Source: Gammaproteobacteria bacterium (GTDB lineage: Bacteria > Pseudomonadota > Gammaproteobacteria > UBA4575). From it: a stretch of 64,000 bases of DNA. Under the pieces are notes generated by a model. It searched no databases, was not told where the DNA came from, and was given only the letters and a program-made list of their open reading frames with translations. Position 1 is the first letter of the stretch, and the number at the start of each line of letters is the position of its first letter. A program made the translations under genes and the position numbers. Where the stretch lies: contig CBDEUS010000001.1 of assembly GCA_965243395.1 (NCBI GenBank), positions 1,024,001-1,088,000 of the forward strand, in the 5' to 3' direction. Below are positions 1-12,440 of this stretch, piece after piece.

Positions 1-2071
1 GATCTTGGGTAACTTCATCTAGATATGCTGGTTCACCCTTATCTTTCAAGAATGCTACAACTTTGTGTACTTCTTCGTCCGATACAAATGCACCATGCAC
101 ACGTTCCGGAATGGACGTACCACCCGGTAAAAATAACATGTCACCATGTCCAAGCAATTGCTCTGCACCCATTTGATCCAAAATTGTTCGTGAATCCACT
201 TTGGAAGATACCTGAAATGCAATTCGAGAAGGTATGTTGGCTTTTATCAAACCCGTGATGACATCAACTGAGGGACGTTGCGTAGCTAGAATCAAATGTA
301 TCCCGGCAGCACGCGCTTTTTGAGCGATACGCGCAATGAGTTCTTCAACTTTTTTACCTACCACCATCATCATGTCGGCAAGCTCATCGATTATGATGAC
401 GATGTTGGGTAACGGTGTGAGCTCCTCAGCTTGCTGAGGTTCTAATCCTTCAATTTGATCACTCTTAAATAGTGGATCTAGAATGGGCTCTTCTGAATCT
501 ATGGCTTTTTGCACTTTACTGTTGTATCCCGCCATACTACGTACGCCTAATGCTGACATGAGGTGATAACGTCGCTCCATTTCTGCAACACACCAACGCA
601 ATGCATTTGAAGCTTCTTTCATGTCCGTTACCACGGGTGAAAGTAAATGAGGGATACCTTCATAGACCGCCAGCTCCAACATCTTAGGGTCGATCAATAT
701 TAGTCGAACTTGTTGTGGAGTGGCTTTGTATAAAATGCTTAACAACATGGCATTGAGCGCAACCGACTTACCAGAACCTGTTGTTCCCGCTACCAGCAAA
801 TGAGGCATCTTGGCTAGATCAGCAACTACAGGACGACCACTAATGTCTTTACCTAAACCCAATGTTAGTGGCGATAATTCTTCGTCATAAGTTTCGGATT
901 CAATGATGTCATTGAGTACAACTAATTCACGATGTTCATTGGGAATTTCAAGACCTATGTATGATTTGCCCGGAATTACTTCAACAATTCGAACACTCGA
1001 CACAGAAAGTGCCCGAGCTAAGTCTTTAGCTAAATTTGTGACTTTGCTGACTTTAATTCCCGGAGCAAGCTGAATCGCAAACCTCGTAATAACTGGACCT
1101 GGGTGTACTTCTACAACTTCAGCTTCAATATTAAAATCAAGTAATTTAAGTTCAACCTGTCGCGAGATTGCTTCTAAAGCATCGTCAGAATAACCTTTAG
1201 ATGTGTCGATTACTTTATCGAGTATAGATATGGGTGGTAAATCTGTCGCTGCTGCAGCATTAAATAAAGGAATTTGTCGCTCTCTTTCTATTCTATCGCT
1301 CGGCTCTATTTCTTTTATTACAGGTTCAATTCTTGGTTTAGCATGTTTTTGAATTTTTACTTTTGTTTCTTTAACAATTTCAGCTCGTTCTACTTTTGCT
1401 TTTCTACTTGCATAATCTTCAAGAAATTCATTTATGTGACCCCAAGCCCACGAACTAAATTTGATTGTGTGCTTGCCGGTAAAATCAAGCAGCCATAGCC
1501 ATGAAAACCCGGAAAATATAGTGATGCCTGCAAAAAATAACGCTAACAATAAAAGCGTTGCGCCTACAAAACTAAATACTAAAACAAAGCCGTTTCCTGT
1601 AAGGTCACCAAATACTCCGCCAGCAAAGCTCGGCATGTACCCGGCTTGGAAATGTAAAGTCGCTAACCCGCAACCTGCGCCTAAAGTTAATAAAAATCCT
1701 GCCCATCGAACTCCCAATGTTCGATAATCAATTTGGCCATTTTCCAACTTTCCTTCATAGATCAGCCAACCACTATAGGCCACCATCAGAGGTGCAAGAT
1801 ACGCAAGGAAACCAAATAAAAAGAAGGACAAATCAGCAAAATACGCACCCACAGTACCCCCCATATTGCTGATCAAATGATTAGTACCTGTATGCGTCCA
1901 ACCTGGATCTGCTGGATCATAACTTAAAAGCGCCACCATAAAATAAGCACCCAATGCGACTAAAACAACTAATGCACTCTCCCGCAGTCCTTTTAACAAT
2001 GACAAATTGTGCGGCACTGAAGAGCTATTTCTGGATCTTGCAGCGGATTTCTTAAGTGTGGCTTGCCTCAA
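1..2071 (-). CDS. ftsK: DNA translocase FtsK (3' end runs off the window)
   Basis: Absent from the ORF track; read manually on the minus strand. Probable TTG start at 2071, N-terminal TM segments ([12 protein letters not shown]), Walker [55 protein letters not shown]. Divergent from trxB, the usual synteny. Confidence 0.96.
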   Translation of the reverse strand, partial: MRQATLKKSAARSRNSSSVPHNLSLLKGLRESALVVLVALGAYFMVALLSYDPADPGWTHTGTNHLISNMGGTVGAYFADLSFFLFGFLAYLAPLMVAYSGWLIYEGKLENGQIDYRTLGVRWAGFLLTLGAGCGLATLHFQAGYMPSFAGGVFGDLTGNGFVLVFSFVGATLLLLALFFAGITIFSGFSWLWLLDFTGKHTIKFSSWAWGHINEFLEDYASRKAKVERAEIVKETKVKIQKHAKPRIEPVIKEIEPSDRIERERQIPLFNAAAATDLPPISILDKVIDTSKGYSDDALEAISRQVELKLLDFNIEAEVVEVHPGPVITRFAIQLAPGIKVSKVTNLAKDLARALSVSSVRIVEVIPGKSYIGLEIPNEHRELVVLNDIIESETYDEELSPLTLGLGKDISGRPVVADLAKMPHLLVAGTTGSGKSVALNAMLLSILYKATPQQVRLILIDPKMLELAVYEGIPHLLSPVVTDMKEASNALRWCVAEMERRYHLMSALGVRSMAGYNSKVQKAIDSEEPILDPLFKSDQIEGLEPQQAEELTPLPNIVIIIDELADMMMVVGKKVEELIARIAQKARAAGIHLILATQRPSVDVITGLIKANIPSRIAFQVSSKVDSRTILDQMGAEQLLGHGDMLFLPGGTSIPERVHGAFVSDEEVHKVVAFLKDKGEPAYLDEVTQD

Positions 2072-2341
2072 TGTACTAACCCATAAATTCTTATTTTGAA
2101 TATAATAATATAGTTTAAAATAATATTATAACTAATTGTATTTTATAAATTTTATCTGCTTTAGCCAAACGTAAAATTGGTTTAGCATATTTTTTGTCTG
2201 GGGCCAGACTTTGGTAGGTCTTGTTATTGTAGTGCTAATTTATATGTTTAAAACCAGACGGTTAACATTGCACTTTAATGTATCTTATCAGTATAACATC
2301 AATTCTCTAGGCAACCTATTTTTAGTATATTCTCCTCCTGG

Positions 2342-2369
2342 TTGAAATTTCCCGTTTCACACCCATTAT
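2342..2369 (+). promoter_or_regulatory. Candidate sigma-32 (RpoH) promoter upstream of trxB
   Basis: TTGAAA-N14-CCCATTAT resembles the RpoH consensus TTGAAA-N13/14-CCCCATNT; ~130 bp upstream of trxB. Confidence 0.4.
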
Positions 2370-2415
2370 TTAATATCGTTAATATCGCTAAGCTAATTAT
2401 TATCGGCTGCAATAA

Positions 2416-3459
<1,044 letters not shown>

Positions 3460-3479
3460 TAGTTGACAATTATTCGCGA

Positions 3480-4673
3480 TTGGCAACAAAAGAGAGTCAT
3501 TCAGTTTTATCTACAAAAGACTTTACCTTTGAATTTGTAAGTTCGCTTAAGGATATTAAATGTGAAGAATGGAATTCATTGATTGATGATGAAGATCCAT
3601 TCCTATGTTATGAATTTTTATCCGCTCTAGAAAAAAACGATTGTTTGGGTGAAAAATATGGCTGGTATCCTCATCATTTAATCGTAAGGAATAAAAATAA
3701 CAATTTAGTAGCCGCAACCCCGCTTTATATAAAAACAAATTCTTATGGTGAATTTGTTTTTGATTGGGCTTGGGCCTCTGCTTATGAACAGACCGGATTA
3801 AATTATTATCCAAAAATTATTTCATCTATCCCTTATACTCCAGTTACAGGGAAACGCTTACTGCTATCTTCAAGATTAACTGCACAACTGCAATCCGACC
3901 TTGCAGCATCCATGATCCAAGTCACCTTAAGAGAATCTGACAATCTCAAAATGTCAGGCTGTCATTGGTTATTTAATCAATCAGGTGAATGCGCCTATTT
4001 TGATAAACAAGGCTTAATGTTTCGTATGGGTTATCAATTCCATTGGCAAAATCATGAATACACTTCTTTTGATCACTTCTTAGAAAGCTTGATATCTAGA
4101 AAGCGTAAAAAAATAAAGCAAGAACGCAGATATGTAAATGAACAAAATATTAATATTCATCGTATACATGGTAATGAGCTAAGTGAACAAGAATGGGAAA
4201 ATATTCACGCCTTTTATGAAAGTACATTTTATCGAAAAAGTGGAATACCAACATTGAGCTTAGATTTTTTTCAAGAAATTGGAGATACCATTGGTGATAA
4301 AATAATGCTGGTTTTAGCCTACAGCGAAAACGAGCTTGTTGCTTGTGCAATAAATCTATGCAGTTCAAAAAAATTATATGGGCGCTTTTGGGGGTGTAAT
4401 AAATCTTATAACAGCCTGCATTTTGAGGCTTGTTACTATCAAGGCATCGAATACGCCATTGAAAATAAACTGCAAACATTCGAGCCCGGAGCTCAAGGCG
4501 AACATAAAATCAGCCGCGGATTCTTACCAACCAAAACATGGTCAGCACATGCAATACATGATCCGCGATTTGAAATATCTATTCGTGATTTTTGCAAACG
4601 CGAACAAAATTTCATGCAAAATGATTATGATGATCTAATGAACCTATCACCTTATCGTTCAAATTCTGCCTAA
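3480..4673 (+). CDS. GNAT/FemAB-like acyltransferase (DUF482 family)
   Basis: SYGEFVFDWAWA, YYPK..IPYTPVTG, LYGRFWG, LHFEACYYQGIE, FEPGAQGEHKISRGF; typical neighbour of aat. Confidence 0.9.
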   Translation: MATKESHSVLSTKDFTFEFVSSLKDIKCEEWNSLIDDEDPFLCYEFLSALEKNDCLGEKYGWYPHHLIVRNKNNNLVAATPLYIKTNSYGEFVFDWAWASAYEQTGLNYYPKIISSIPYTPVTGKRLLLSSRLTAQLQSDLAASMIQVTLRESDNLKMSGCHWLFNQSGECAYFDKQGLMFRMGYQFHWQNHEYTSFDHFLESLISRKRKKIKQERRYVNEQNINIHRIHGNELSEQEWENIHAFYESTFYRKSGIPTLSLDFFQEIGDTIGDKIMLVLAYSENELVACAINLCSSKKLYGRFWGCNKSYNSLHFEACYYQGIEYAIENKLQTFEPGAQGEHKISRGFLPTKTWSAHAIHDPRFEISIRDFCKREQNFMQNDYDDLMNLSPYRSNSA

Positions 4674-4691
4674 ACTATGTAATTTGAAAAC

Positions 4692-5423
4692 ATGGATATA
4701 ACCTGGATAGATCCTAGCAACCCAGATGCTTCTTTTCCCAATGTCGAAGAAGCTTTGACAAATCCAGAAGGATTGCTGGCTGCAGGCGGTGATCTTTGTC
4801 AAACAAGGCTATTAAATGCTTATCGCAATGGCATCTTCCCTTGGTATGAAGAAGGTCAACCCATTTTGTGGTGGTCACCTAATCCTCGCGGTGTACTCTT
4901 TACAAATAAATTTAAAATATCTACCAGCTTAAGAAAAACATTACGCAAACATGATTGGACCATCACTTTCGATGGTGATTTTAAAAAAACAGTGATGGCA
5001 TGCGCTGCTCCCAGAAGTTATGCGCGAGGAACATGGATTACCAATGAAATGACAGACGCATATTGCCATTTACACGAGATAGGACATGCGCATTCGATAG
5101 AATTATGGGATCAACAAGAACGATTAATAGGCGGTATCTATGGTGTACTGATTGGCACAATGTTTTATGGTGAATCAATGTTTAGTTTTCAAACCAATGC
5201 ATCAAAAGTTGCATTAGCATATTTAGTCATGCATATGCACCATTGGGGATTTCCATTATTAGATTGCCAACTGCCTTCGCCACATTTGGCAAGTCTTGGT
5301 GCAGAATCAATTTGCAGGTCTGAGTATATTAAAACAATGATGCCATTATGCAATCAGTCAGTAGATTCTTTTAGTTGGAAACTAGATGAAACATTAGACA
5401 TATCTAGTTGGCAACAAAAATAG
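4692..5423 (+). CDS. aat: Leucyl/phenylalanyl-tRNA--protein transferase
   Basis: GLLAAGGDL, AYRNGIFPW, ILWWSPNPR, TWIT, AHSIE, GESMFS, NASKVA, LLDCQ. Confidence 0.97.
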   Translation: MDITWIDPSNPDASFPNVEEALTNPEGLLAAGGDLCQTRLLNAYRNGIFPWYEEGQPILWWSPNPRGVLFTNKFKISTSLRKTLRKHDWTITFDGDFKKTVMACAAPRSYARGTWITNEMTDAYCHLHEIGHAHSIELWDQQERLIGGIYGVLIGTMFYGESMFSFQTNASKVALAYLVMHMHHWGFPLLDCQLPSPHLASLGAESICRSEYIKTMMPLCNQSVDSFSWKLDETLDISSWQQK

Positions 5424-5430
5424 ATAATTG

Positions 5431-6186
5431 CTACCAGGGATCTATAGCAATGCCGTCTACTGGCAATCCACTCATTTTGTCTATCACTAGTGCTAAATCA
5501 TTATTTCTTCCTACTAAGGGTAAATATAAATAGTTATCTTTACTGCCTTTATGTTTTTGTAAAAATTTAACAATTTTCTTTTGTTCAGAGCTTTCATTTT
5601 TCACTAGCTCAGATAATGGTTTTGCTATTTGTATAACTTTTTCTTTATTTGAAAGATAAGGATGATAGTACTCAGGTCGCCGTTCAAGATCCGGTTTGCC
5701 CTCCATTACTGTTTCAATTACAAATTTATTTCGCTCTTCTCTATCCTCAGGAAAATCTGCATACACTAAAATAGGGCCTTTGGCTGGTTTAATTTTCAAT
5801 TCAGGGTATTTTATCTTATTTATGTCAATCTCAGCTTTGCCTATCACTTCAAATCGATCTACGGCAAAAGCTAAAAAGTATGGTCGCTCTCCATAAATAA
5901 CGTATACACCATAAACTAAGGCGGCAATTTGTATTGCTGCGACAATAGAAATATCCATCACTAAGCCTTTTTTTCCTCTTTTAAATAATACAAGTGTAAG
6001 TAAAGGTCCAAGGATAAGATCTACCATTACTAAAATTCGCAGAACCGTCCAGGCTCCATTAGCTTCAAAGTATGGGCTTGGATACCAATAGAAAAAAATT
6101 AACGCAATGACAATACCAACAATCAATGCACTTATAGTTAGATGAATTAAAAATGCTTTGATTTTATCTGCGGAGAAAAACATCAA
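5431..6186 (-). CDS. TfpX/TfpZ-family type IV pilin accessory membrane protein
   Basis: AFLIHLTIS, WYPSPYF, VDLILGPLLTLVL..GKKGLVMD...IQIAALVYG, RPYFLAFAVDRFE, C-terminal IDPW. Confidence 0.8.
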   Translation of the reverse strand: MMFFSADKIKAFLIHLTISALIVGIVIALIFFYWYPSPYFEANGAWTVLRILVMVDLILGPLLTLVLFKRGKKGLVMDISIVAAIQIAALVYGVYVIYGERPYFLAFAVDRFEVIGKAEIDINKIKYPELKIKPAKGPILVYADFPEDREERNKFVIETVMEGKPDLERRPEYYHPYLSNKEKVIQIAKPLSELVKNESSEQKKIVKFLQKHKGSKDNYLYLPLVGRNNDLALVIDKMSGLPVDGIAIDPW

Positions 6187-6289
6187 TAACGAGAGAAATC
6201 TAAAAACAGAAAATATTTTATCTATAAACTAGTTTTTGACAATCACAGATATTCCTGCAGATTTACCATTTATCGACTTTTTTCAAGTT

Positions 6290-7426
6290 CTAGATACTAT
6301 CTAAGATAGCTCGCTTTACGGATTCAAGTTCAGCGTCAATAGTAATCATTTCAGCAGTGCTTTGCTTAATTGCAATATCAGGATCTTTTAAACCATGTCC
6401 GGTAAGCGTACAAACCACTGTACTACCTTCAGGAATATTGCCCATTTTAATATCATGCAATGCCCCAGTTACCGAAGTTGCTGATGCGGGTTCACAAAAT
6501 ACACCCTCCATAGAAGCAAGTAGTTTTTGTGTCGCTAAAATTTCGTCATCTGTAAAACAATTAAACCATCCGCCAGATTCTTTGACAGCGGCATGAGCAA
6601 ATTCCCAACTTTGTGGATGGCCGATGCGAATCGCAGTAGCTACCGTATCCGGCTTGTCTACCATACTACCTTGTATAAAGGGTGCTGCTCCGGCTGCTTG
6701 ATAACCCAACATTTTAGGTCTTGATGCAACTTGCGGTTCACTCACAAATTTACAATCACCATTACAAAAACCACATGCACCAGTAACATTCTTGCCTGAA
6801 CTAGCTGCTAACTCTGAATAGCCGGTCCAGTGTGCAGAAATATTTCCGGCATTTCCTACTGGTATACAATGAAAATCGGGCGCACGACCTAATGCTTCTA
6901 CAATCTCATACGAAGCTGTCTTCTGTCCTTGTAAACGATAGGGATTGATTGAGTTAACAATATTTACAGGCGCTTCGTTTGCAACTTCTTTGACTAATCG
7001 CATACCATCATCAAAGTTGCCACGTATTTGCAAAATGATCGCGCCATGCATCATTGCTTGAGCAAGTTTGCCCATGGCAATTTTTCCATCGGGTATCAAC
7101 ACAAATGCTTTTATACCTGCACGTGCAGCATAAGCTGCTGCTGATGCAGAGGTATTACCTGTTGATGCACAAATTATAGCTTGGCTACCTTCCGAAACCG
7201 CATGTGTTACTGCAACAGTCATACCGCGATCTTTAAATGATCCTGTTGGGTTTAAGCCTTCAAATTTAAAATACAGTTTAATATTTTTATCGTTTACCAG
7301 CTTTATATTGTGGCATTGAATTAAAGGCGTATCTCCTTCACATAAACTTATTACTTTGCAATCACGCGCAAGAGGTAAAACTGAACGATAACGGTCTATC
7401 AAACCTGTGTAATGTTGTGCTTTCAT
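6290..7426 (-). CDS. thrC: Threonine synthase (short fold-type II form)
   Basis: EGLNPTGSFKDRG PLP lysine, CASTGNTSAS, PVGNAGN, EGVFCEPASA, TLTGHGLKDP; follows hom. Confidence 0.96.
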   Translation of the reverse strand: MKAQHYTGLIDRYRSVLPLARDCKVISLCEGDTPLIQCHNIKLVNDKNIKLYFKFEGLNPTGSFKDRGMTVAVTHAVSEGSQAIICASTGNTSASAAAYAARAGIKAFVLIPDGKIAMGKLAQAMMHGAIILQIRGNFDDGMRLVKEVANEAPVNIVNSINPYRLQGQKTASYEIVEALGRAPDFHCIPVGNAGNISAHWTGYSELAASSGKNVTGACGFCNGDCKFVSEPQVASRPKMLGYQAAGAAPFIQGSMVDKPDTVATAIRIGHPQSWEFAHAAVKESGGWFNCFTDDEILATQKLLASMEGVFCEPASATSVTGALHDIKMGNIPEGSTVVCTLTGHGLKDPDIAIKQSTAEMITIDAELESVKRAILDSI

Positions 7427-7452
7427 TAGTAAATTATATTAATTGAAAATGA

Positions 7453-8772
7453 TTACGAAAGTGTCTCTAACCTAATTCGCATTACTTTATTCGTCACAGC
7501 TTCAAGCTTTTCAATCTCGTCAATAGCTTGGTTCATGTTTTGCTCACTTACTTCGTGAGTGAGAATGACAATAGGCACGATTGAAATATTTGCTTGTGGT
7601 TCTTTCTGAATTATTGCTTCTATACTAATTGAATGATCAGCAAAGATTTGTGTGACATCTGCCAATACACCAGCTTTATCTTGAACATGAATCCGCAAAT
7701 AGTAGGCAGTAGCAACATCATCCATTGTCAATACTGGAATATCAGACAATGCCCCTGGCTGAAACGCTAAGTGTGGTACACGATTTTCCGGATCTGAAGT
7801 CAGTGCGCGCACAACATCTACTAAATCTGCCACAACAGCGGAACCTGTTGGCTCGGCCCCAGCACCCGCACCGTAATAAAGACTTGGACCTAACGCATCA
7901 GCTTTTACAACTACTGCGTTCATCACGCCATCAACATTAGCTACTAATCTACGATGAGGGATAAGTGTAGGATGTACGCGTAACTCAAGTCCTTTTGTAC
8001 TCCGCTTGGCAATTCCTAAATGTTTAATTCGGTAACCTAATTCTGCAGCATATGCTACATCATCACGCGTGATTTCAGTTATTCCTTCGGTATACACTTT
8101 TTCAAACTGTAACGGCACACCAAATGCAATCGACGCTAAAATTGTTAATTTATGTGCGGCGTCTATGCCTTCAACATCAAATGTCGGATCAGCCTCTGCA
8201 TACCCTAGCTGTTGAGCTTCTTTTAAGACATCATCAAAATCGCGACCTTTGTCTCGCATTTCAGTAAGGATAAAATTTCCCGTTCCATTAATTATGCCCG
8301 CTAACCATTGAATAGCATTTCCAGATAAGCCTTCGCGTATAGCTTTAATAATGGGAATACCCCCAGCCACAGCTGCCTCAAATGCAACGGTTACGCCCTT
8401 ATCTTGTGCGCGTTGAAAAATTTCATTTCCATGAAGGGCAATTAGCGCTTTATTTGCTGTTACAACATGCTTGCCATGTTCTATTGCTTTAAGCACTAAA
8501 CTTCTAGCTTCATCTGTTCCTCCAATTAACTCAAGAATTATTTCTACATCAGGGTCAGTGACAACTTTGTTTGAATCTTCAGTTAAAGCTATTGATGATG
8601 TATCGCAAGCACGCTGTTTTTTTATATCACGCATACTAGCAATTGAAATTTCAATACCTCGACCTGCTCTTCGCGCAATCTCATCTGCATTACGAGACAA
8701 TATGTTTGCGGTACCACAACCAACGGTACCTAAACCTAAGACTCCTACTTTTACTGGTTTCAGCAAAGACAT
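7453..8772 (-). CDS. hom: Homoserine dehydrogenase with C-terminal ACT domain
   Basis: GLGTVG, VTANKA, FEAAVAGGIP, GYAEADPTFDVEGIDAAHK, GAGAGAEPT, ACT (DKAGVLADVT). Confidence 0.97.
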   Translation of the reverse strand: MSLLKPVKVGVLGLGTVGCGTANILSRNADEIARRAGRGIEISIASMRDIKKQRACDTSSIALTEDSNKVVTDPDVEIILELIGGTDEARSLVLKAIEHGKHVVTANKALIALHGNEIFQRAQDKGVTVAFEAAVAGGIPIIKAIREGLSGNAIQWLAGIINGTGNFILTEMRDKGRDFDDVLKEAQQLGYAEADPTFDVEGIDAAHKLTILASIAFGVPLQFEKVYTEGITEITRDDVAYAAELGYRIKHLGIAKRSTKGLELRVHPTLIPHRRLVANVDGVMNAVVVKADALGPSLYYGAGAGAEPTGSAVVADLVDVVRALTSDPENRVPHLAFQPGALSDIPVLTMDDVATAYYLRIHVQDKAGVLADVTQIFADHSISIEAIIQKEPQANISIVPIVILTHEVSEQNMNQAIDEIEKLEAVTNKVMRIRLETLS

Positions 8773-8785
8773 ATATATTTACCCA

Positions 8786-9961
8786 CTAAGATTCTCTAAA
8801 CATTTTTTTTATACTACGAACAGCTTGTCTAGTTCGATGTACATTTTCAATTAAGCTAAAACGTACATGAGCATCGCCATATTTACCAAAACCTATACCT
8901 GGAGAAACTGCTACTTTTGCTTCTTCTAATAGTTTTTTAGAAAATTCTAATGATCCCAAATGAGCATACTCTTGAGGGATTTTAGCCCAAACGAACATTG
9001 TGGCTTTAGGCTTTTCAACATTCCATCCTGCATTGCATAAACCTTCACAAAGCACATCACGTCTTCTTTTATATGTTTCACGGACCTCATCAATCACTTC
9101 CTGTGGGCTGTTTAAAGCCTCAATTGCTGCTACCTGGATAGGAGTAAACATGCCGTAATCCAAATAAGATTTAATGCGCGATAGTGCCTCGACTAAAGTA
9201 GGATTACCACACATAAAACCCACCCGCCAACCTGGCATGTTGTAAGTTTTTGATAAAGAGTAAAACTCAACGGCAATTTCTTTGGCACCTGCTACTTGCA
9301 AAATTGATGGAGCTTCATAACCGTCAAAGGTAATTTCGCCATATGCGATATCATGAACGAGCCACATTTGATGTTGTTTAGCAATCATCACCAAGCGTTC
9401 TAAAAAATCAAGATCTACACATTGTGTAGTGGGATTACCAGGAAAATTCACAATTAGCATCTTCGGCTTAGGCCATGAATCTTCTATAGCTTTTTCTAAT
9501 TCGGAGAAAAAATCGGTGTCCTCTGTCAAAGGAACATAAATGATATCCGCACCAGCGATCACACAACCATAGGGATGTATTGGATAAGCAGGATTTGGCA
9601 CCAACACTGCATCACCCGGGCCTAAGGTCGCAAGGGTTAAATGCGCTAGGCCCTCTTTTGAGCCAATAGTTACGATAGCTTCTTTATCTGGGTCAATTAC
9701 GACATTAAATTTACGCTCATACCAATCCGCTACTGCTTTTCGCAATCGCGGAATTCCTCTAGACAATGAATAACGATGGGTATTATCACGTTGGGCGGCT
9801 TCTACTAATTTATCTGTAATATGCTTAGGAGCAGGCTTATCAGGGTTCCCCATACCAAAATCGACAATATCTTCACCACGTGCTCGAGCACTCGCTTTGA
9901 GTTCATTCACAATATTGAAAACGTACGGGGGGAGCCGTGAAATTCTGGGAAAATCTTCCAT
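8786..9961 (-). CDS. alaC: Class I aminotransferase, AlaC-type alanine transaminase
   Basis: [45 protein letters not shown]; conserved alaC-hom-thrC order. Confidence 0.88.
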   Translation of the reverse strand: MEDFPRISRLPPYVFNIVNELKASARARGEDIVDFGMGNPDKPAPKHITDKLVEAAQRDNTHRYSLSRGIPRLRKAVADWYERKFNVVIDPDKEAIVTIGSKEGLAHLTLATLGPGDAVLVPNPAYPIHPYGCVIAGADIIYVPLTEDTDFFSELEKAIEDSWPKPKMLIVNFPGNPTTQCVDLDFLERLVMIAKQHQMWLVHDIAYGEITFDGYEAPSILQVAGAKEIAVEFYSLSKTYNMPGWRVGFMCGNPTLVEALSRIKSYLDYGMFTPIQVAAIEALNSPQEVIDEVRETYKRRRDVLCEGLCNAGWNVEKPKATMFVWAKIPQEYAHLGSLEFSKKLLEEAKVAVSPGIGFGKYGDAHVRFSLIENVHRTRQAVRSIKKMFRES

Positions 9962-10060
9962 TTGATTCTTCTATCCTATAAGCGCTGAGTATAATACTCG
10001 ATTCGCCAACATGTGCCTAACCCTATCTACAACTGAAAACATGGCCTAACATCATCTAAG

Positions 10061-10438
10061 ATGGATATTACACAAGACTTTGCCGATGCAAAATTCATGA
10101 TCACAGGTTATGACCAAGAATGTGTAATGATCAATAACACTCCCCATCATCATAGTGTGCTGGTCAGTTCAGATATTCTTATTTCACCCTGGCAAGTTAA
10201 AAACATAAGTGACTTAAATGAATCCAACTTAAATGAGATTTTTCAACAACAACCAGAAATTGCAATCATAGGCACAGGCAAAAATTTAGTTCTTCCTGAG
10301 CCAAAAATTATCGCATTATTTTCACAATATGGAATTGGACTTGAGACAATGAATACCAGTGCTGCATGTAGAACTTACGGTATACTCATTGCTGAAGGTA
10401 GAAAAACTATGGCAGGAATAATTTTTCCAGATAACTAA
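10061..10438 (+). CDS. Mth938-like (DUF498) protein
   Basis: PEIAIIGTG, ETMNTSAACRTYGILIAEGR. Confidence 0.9.
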   Translation: MDITQDFADAKFMITGYDQECVMINNTPHHHSVLVSSDILISPWQVKNISDLNESNLNEIFQQQPEIAIIGTGKNLVLPEPKIIALFSQYGIGLETMNTSAACRTYGILIAEGRKTMAGIIFPDN

Positions 10439-11154
10439 AGTTTTGGTAAATACTTTAACGGGTCAACAGGCTTACCTTTATAGCGAATCTCAAAATGAAG
10501 TTTGGGCTCTGTTGTTCCAGACCTACCCAGTTCTGCAATTTTTTCACCAAGCTTTACTTCGCCTCCTTCTTTAACAAATAATCTTTTATTATGCGCGTAA
10601 GCACTTAAAAACTGCTCGCTATGCTTAACAATAATTAAATTTCCATAACCTGCTAAACCATTTCCGCTATATACTACTTTTCCTGATGATGCAGCCAATA
10701 CTGGCTGCCCTATTTTGCCCGCTATATCAATACCTTTATTACCTCCTAAGCGTGAAGAGTATGTTCGAATTACTTTTCCTTTAGTTGGCCAATTCCATTT
10801 ATGATTAATTATCTTTTCAGGTTTTTTATTCGCTGGTTTTTTTGTAACCGTTTTACTAGATTTTTTTGCAGCTTTGGCTTTAGCAGCATATGTTTTTGAT
10901 GTGACATGTGGGCGCGTTAGTTTAAGACGCTGCCCTGCATAGATTGTGTAAGGTGGACGGATGCTATTCCATCTAGCTAGAATTTTATAATCAATACCAT
11001 GTCGAAATGCTATTGAATATAAAGTTTCACCTTTTAGCACCGTGTGATAGCCATGATCATAATCATAATAAACTTGGCTATTACGATTTGATACGCATGA
11101 AACTAACGATAATAAAAGCAAATAGAAAATTACTTTTCTTGTGAGACTTCGCAT
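10435..11154 (-). CDS. nlpD: LysM + M23 lipoprotein NlpD
   Basis: Lipobox LVSC, LysM (GETLYSIAF), degenerate M23 (NKGIDI, AYAHN, LHFEIR); in the surE-pcm operon. Confidence 0.9.
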   Translation of the reverse strand: MRSLTRKVIFYLLLLSLVSCVSNRNSQVYYDYDHGYHTVLKGETLYSIAFRHGIDYKILARWNSIRPPYTIYAGQRLKLTRPHVTSKTYAAKAKAAKKSSKTVTKKPANKKPEKIINHKWNWPTKGKVIRTYSSRLGGNKGIDIAGKIGQPVLAASSGKVVYSGNGLAGYGNLIIVKHSEQFLSAYAHNKRLFVKEGGEVKLGEKIAELGRSGTTEPKLHFEIRYKGKPVDPLKYLPKL

Positions 11155-11738
11155 TAATGTAAATACTTAAAATAAACAATCGCTACAATAAGTAATAAGA
11201 CCGTAATCCAACCAATCCATTCCACATATTTTAATACCAAAGGCTCGAGCTTTGGGCCAACATACTTAAGTAATCCAGCGACTAAGAAAAATCGTGAGCC
11301 GCGACCTATAAAAGAGGCAATAATAAACGGGATTATTGCTAAAGATAGTAATCCAGCTGTTACGGTAAATAATTTATAAGGTATAGGTGAAAAACCAGCA
11401 ACAAATACAACCCATATACCCCACTCATCAAACCAAACTTTTGCGGTTTCAAACTTTGATGAGTAGCTTGAAGATAAGATCCATGGCTCAATAAATTCAA
11501 ATGCAAAGGCACCAATAAAATATCCTAAAATTCCTCCTAGCACAGAAGTCACAGTAGTTAAAAATGCAAACCACCATGCTTTATTAGGTCGCGCTAATGA
11601 CATAGGCGCCAACATCACATCAGGCGGAATTGGAAAAAAAGAAGACTCAGCAAAACTCAATGCACCCAAATAATAAGATGCATGAGGATGCTTAGACCAT
11701 CCGATAACCTTATCGTAAAGCCAGCTAAATATTCTCAT
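11154..11738 (-). CDS. yqaA: YqaA/DedA-family membrane protein
   Basis: SFAESSFFPIPPD, FSPIPYK, GRGSRFF. Confidence 0.88.
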   Translation of the reverse strand: MRIFSWLYDKVIGWSKHPHASYYLGALSFAESSFFPIPPDVMLAPMSLARPNKAWWFAFLTTVTSVLGGILGYFIGAFAFEFIEPWILSSSYSSKFETAKVWFDEWGIWVVFVAGFSPIPYKLFTVTAGLLSLAIIPFIIASFIGRGSRFFLVAGLLKYVGPKLEPLVLKYVEWIGWITVLLLIVAIVYFKYLH

Positions 11739-11756
11739 ATAGGAGTTTCATTTTAT

Positions 11757-12422
11757 TCATACACCACCCTGTATAAGTGGTACAAAACTTACCAGATCTA
11801 AACGTTCTTGTTTGAGCCCTTCATAAGTTTTATGTAATAACAATAAATCCTGGACCTCAGAAGTTTTCCCAACCGGTATGACTAAGCGGCCGTTGACATC
11901 TAGTTGATCGATGAGTGCTTGAGGTATTTCTTTTGGTGCAGCAGTAACAACGATTGCATCAAATGGTGCATAACTCTCCCATCCCCATGAACCATCTGAA
12001 AGCTTAAATCTTATATTTCGCAAACCCATTTCCATTGCTCTTCTTCGGGCTTGTTGATACAAAGGTTCAATTCTCTCCACTGTATACACTTCTTTAACAA
12101 TGGCAGCGAGTATCGCCGCTTGATACCCGGAACCTGTCCCAACTTCTAAAACTTTTTCAGGAATACCATCCTTTAAAATTGCTTCAGTCATTCGTGCAAC
12201 AACATATGGTTGCGAAATTGTTTGTTTATGACCAATAGGTAATGCGGTGTCTTCATACGCACGCGATGCCAAGGCTTCATCAACAAAAAGATGCCTTGGA
12301 GTCATACGCATAGCTTCTAATACACGTACATTTTTAATTCCCTTTTCTTCGAGACGTGTAATTAATCGGTCTCGAGTACGTTGAGATGTCATGCCTATCC
12401 CGGCATGATTTTTTGTATTCAT
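11757..12422 (-). CDS. pcm: Protein-L-isoaspartate O-methyltransferase
   Basis: [38 protein letters not shown]. Confidence 0.97.
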   Translation of the reverse strand: MNTKNHAGIGMTSQRTRDRLITRLEEKGIKNVRVLEAMRMTPRHLFVDEALASRAYEDTALPIGHKQTISQPYVVARMTEAILKDGIPEKVLEVGTGSGYQAAILAAIVKEVYTVERIEPLYQQARRRAMEMGLRNIRFKLSDGSWGWESYAPFDAIVVTAAPKEIPQALIDQLDVNGRLVIPVGKTSEVQDLLLLHKTYEGLKQERLDLVSFVPLIQGGV

Positions 12423-12440
12423 TTGATTGTTCTCAGAAGT

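Noticed and set aside
25-1727. Short + strand ORFs over ftsK, and similar short overlapping ORFs throughout the track
   Set aside because: Shadow frames of well-supported genes with no recognisable motifs.
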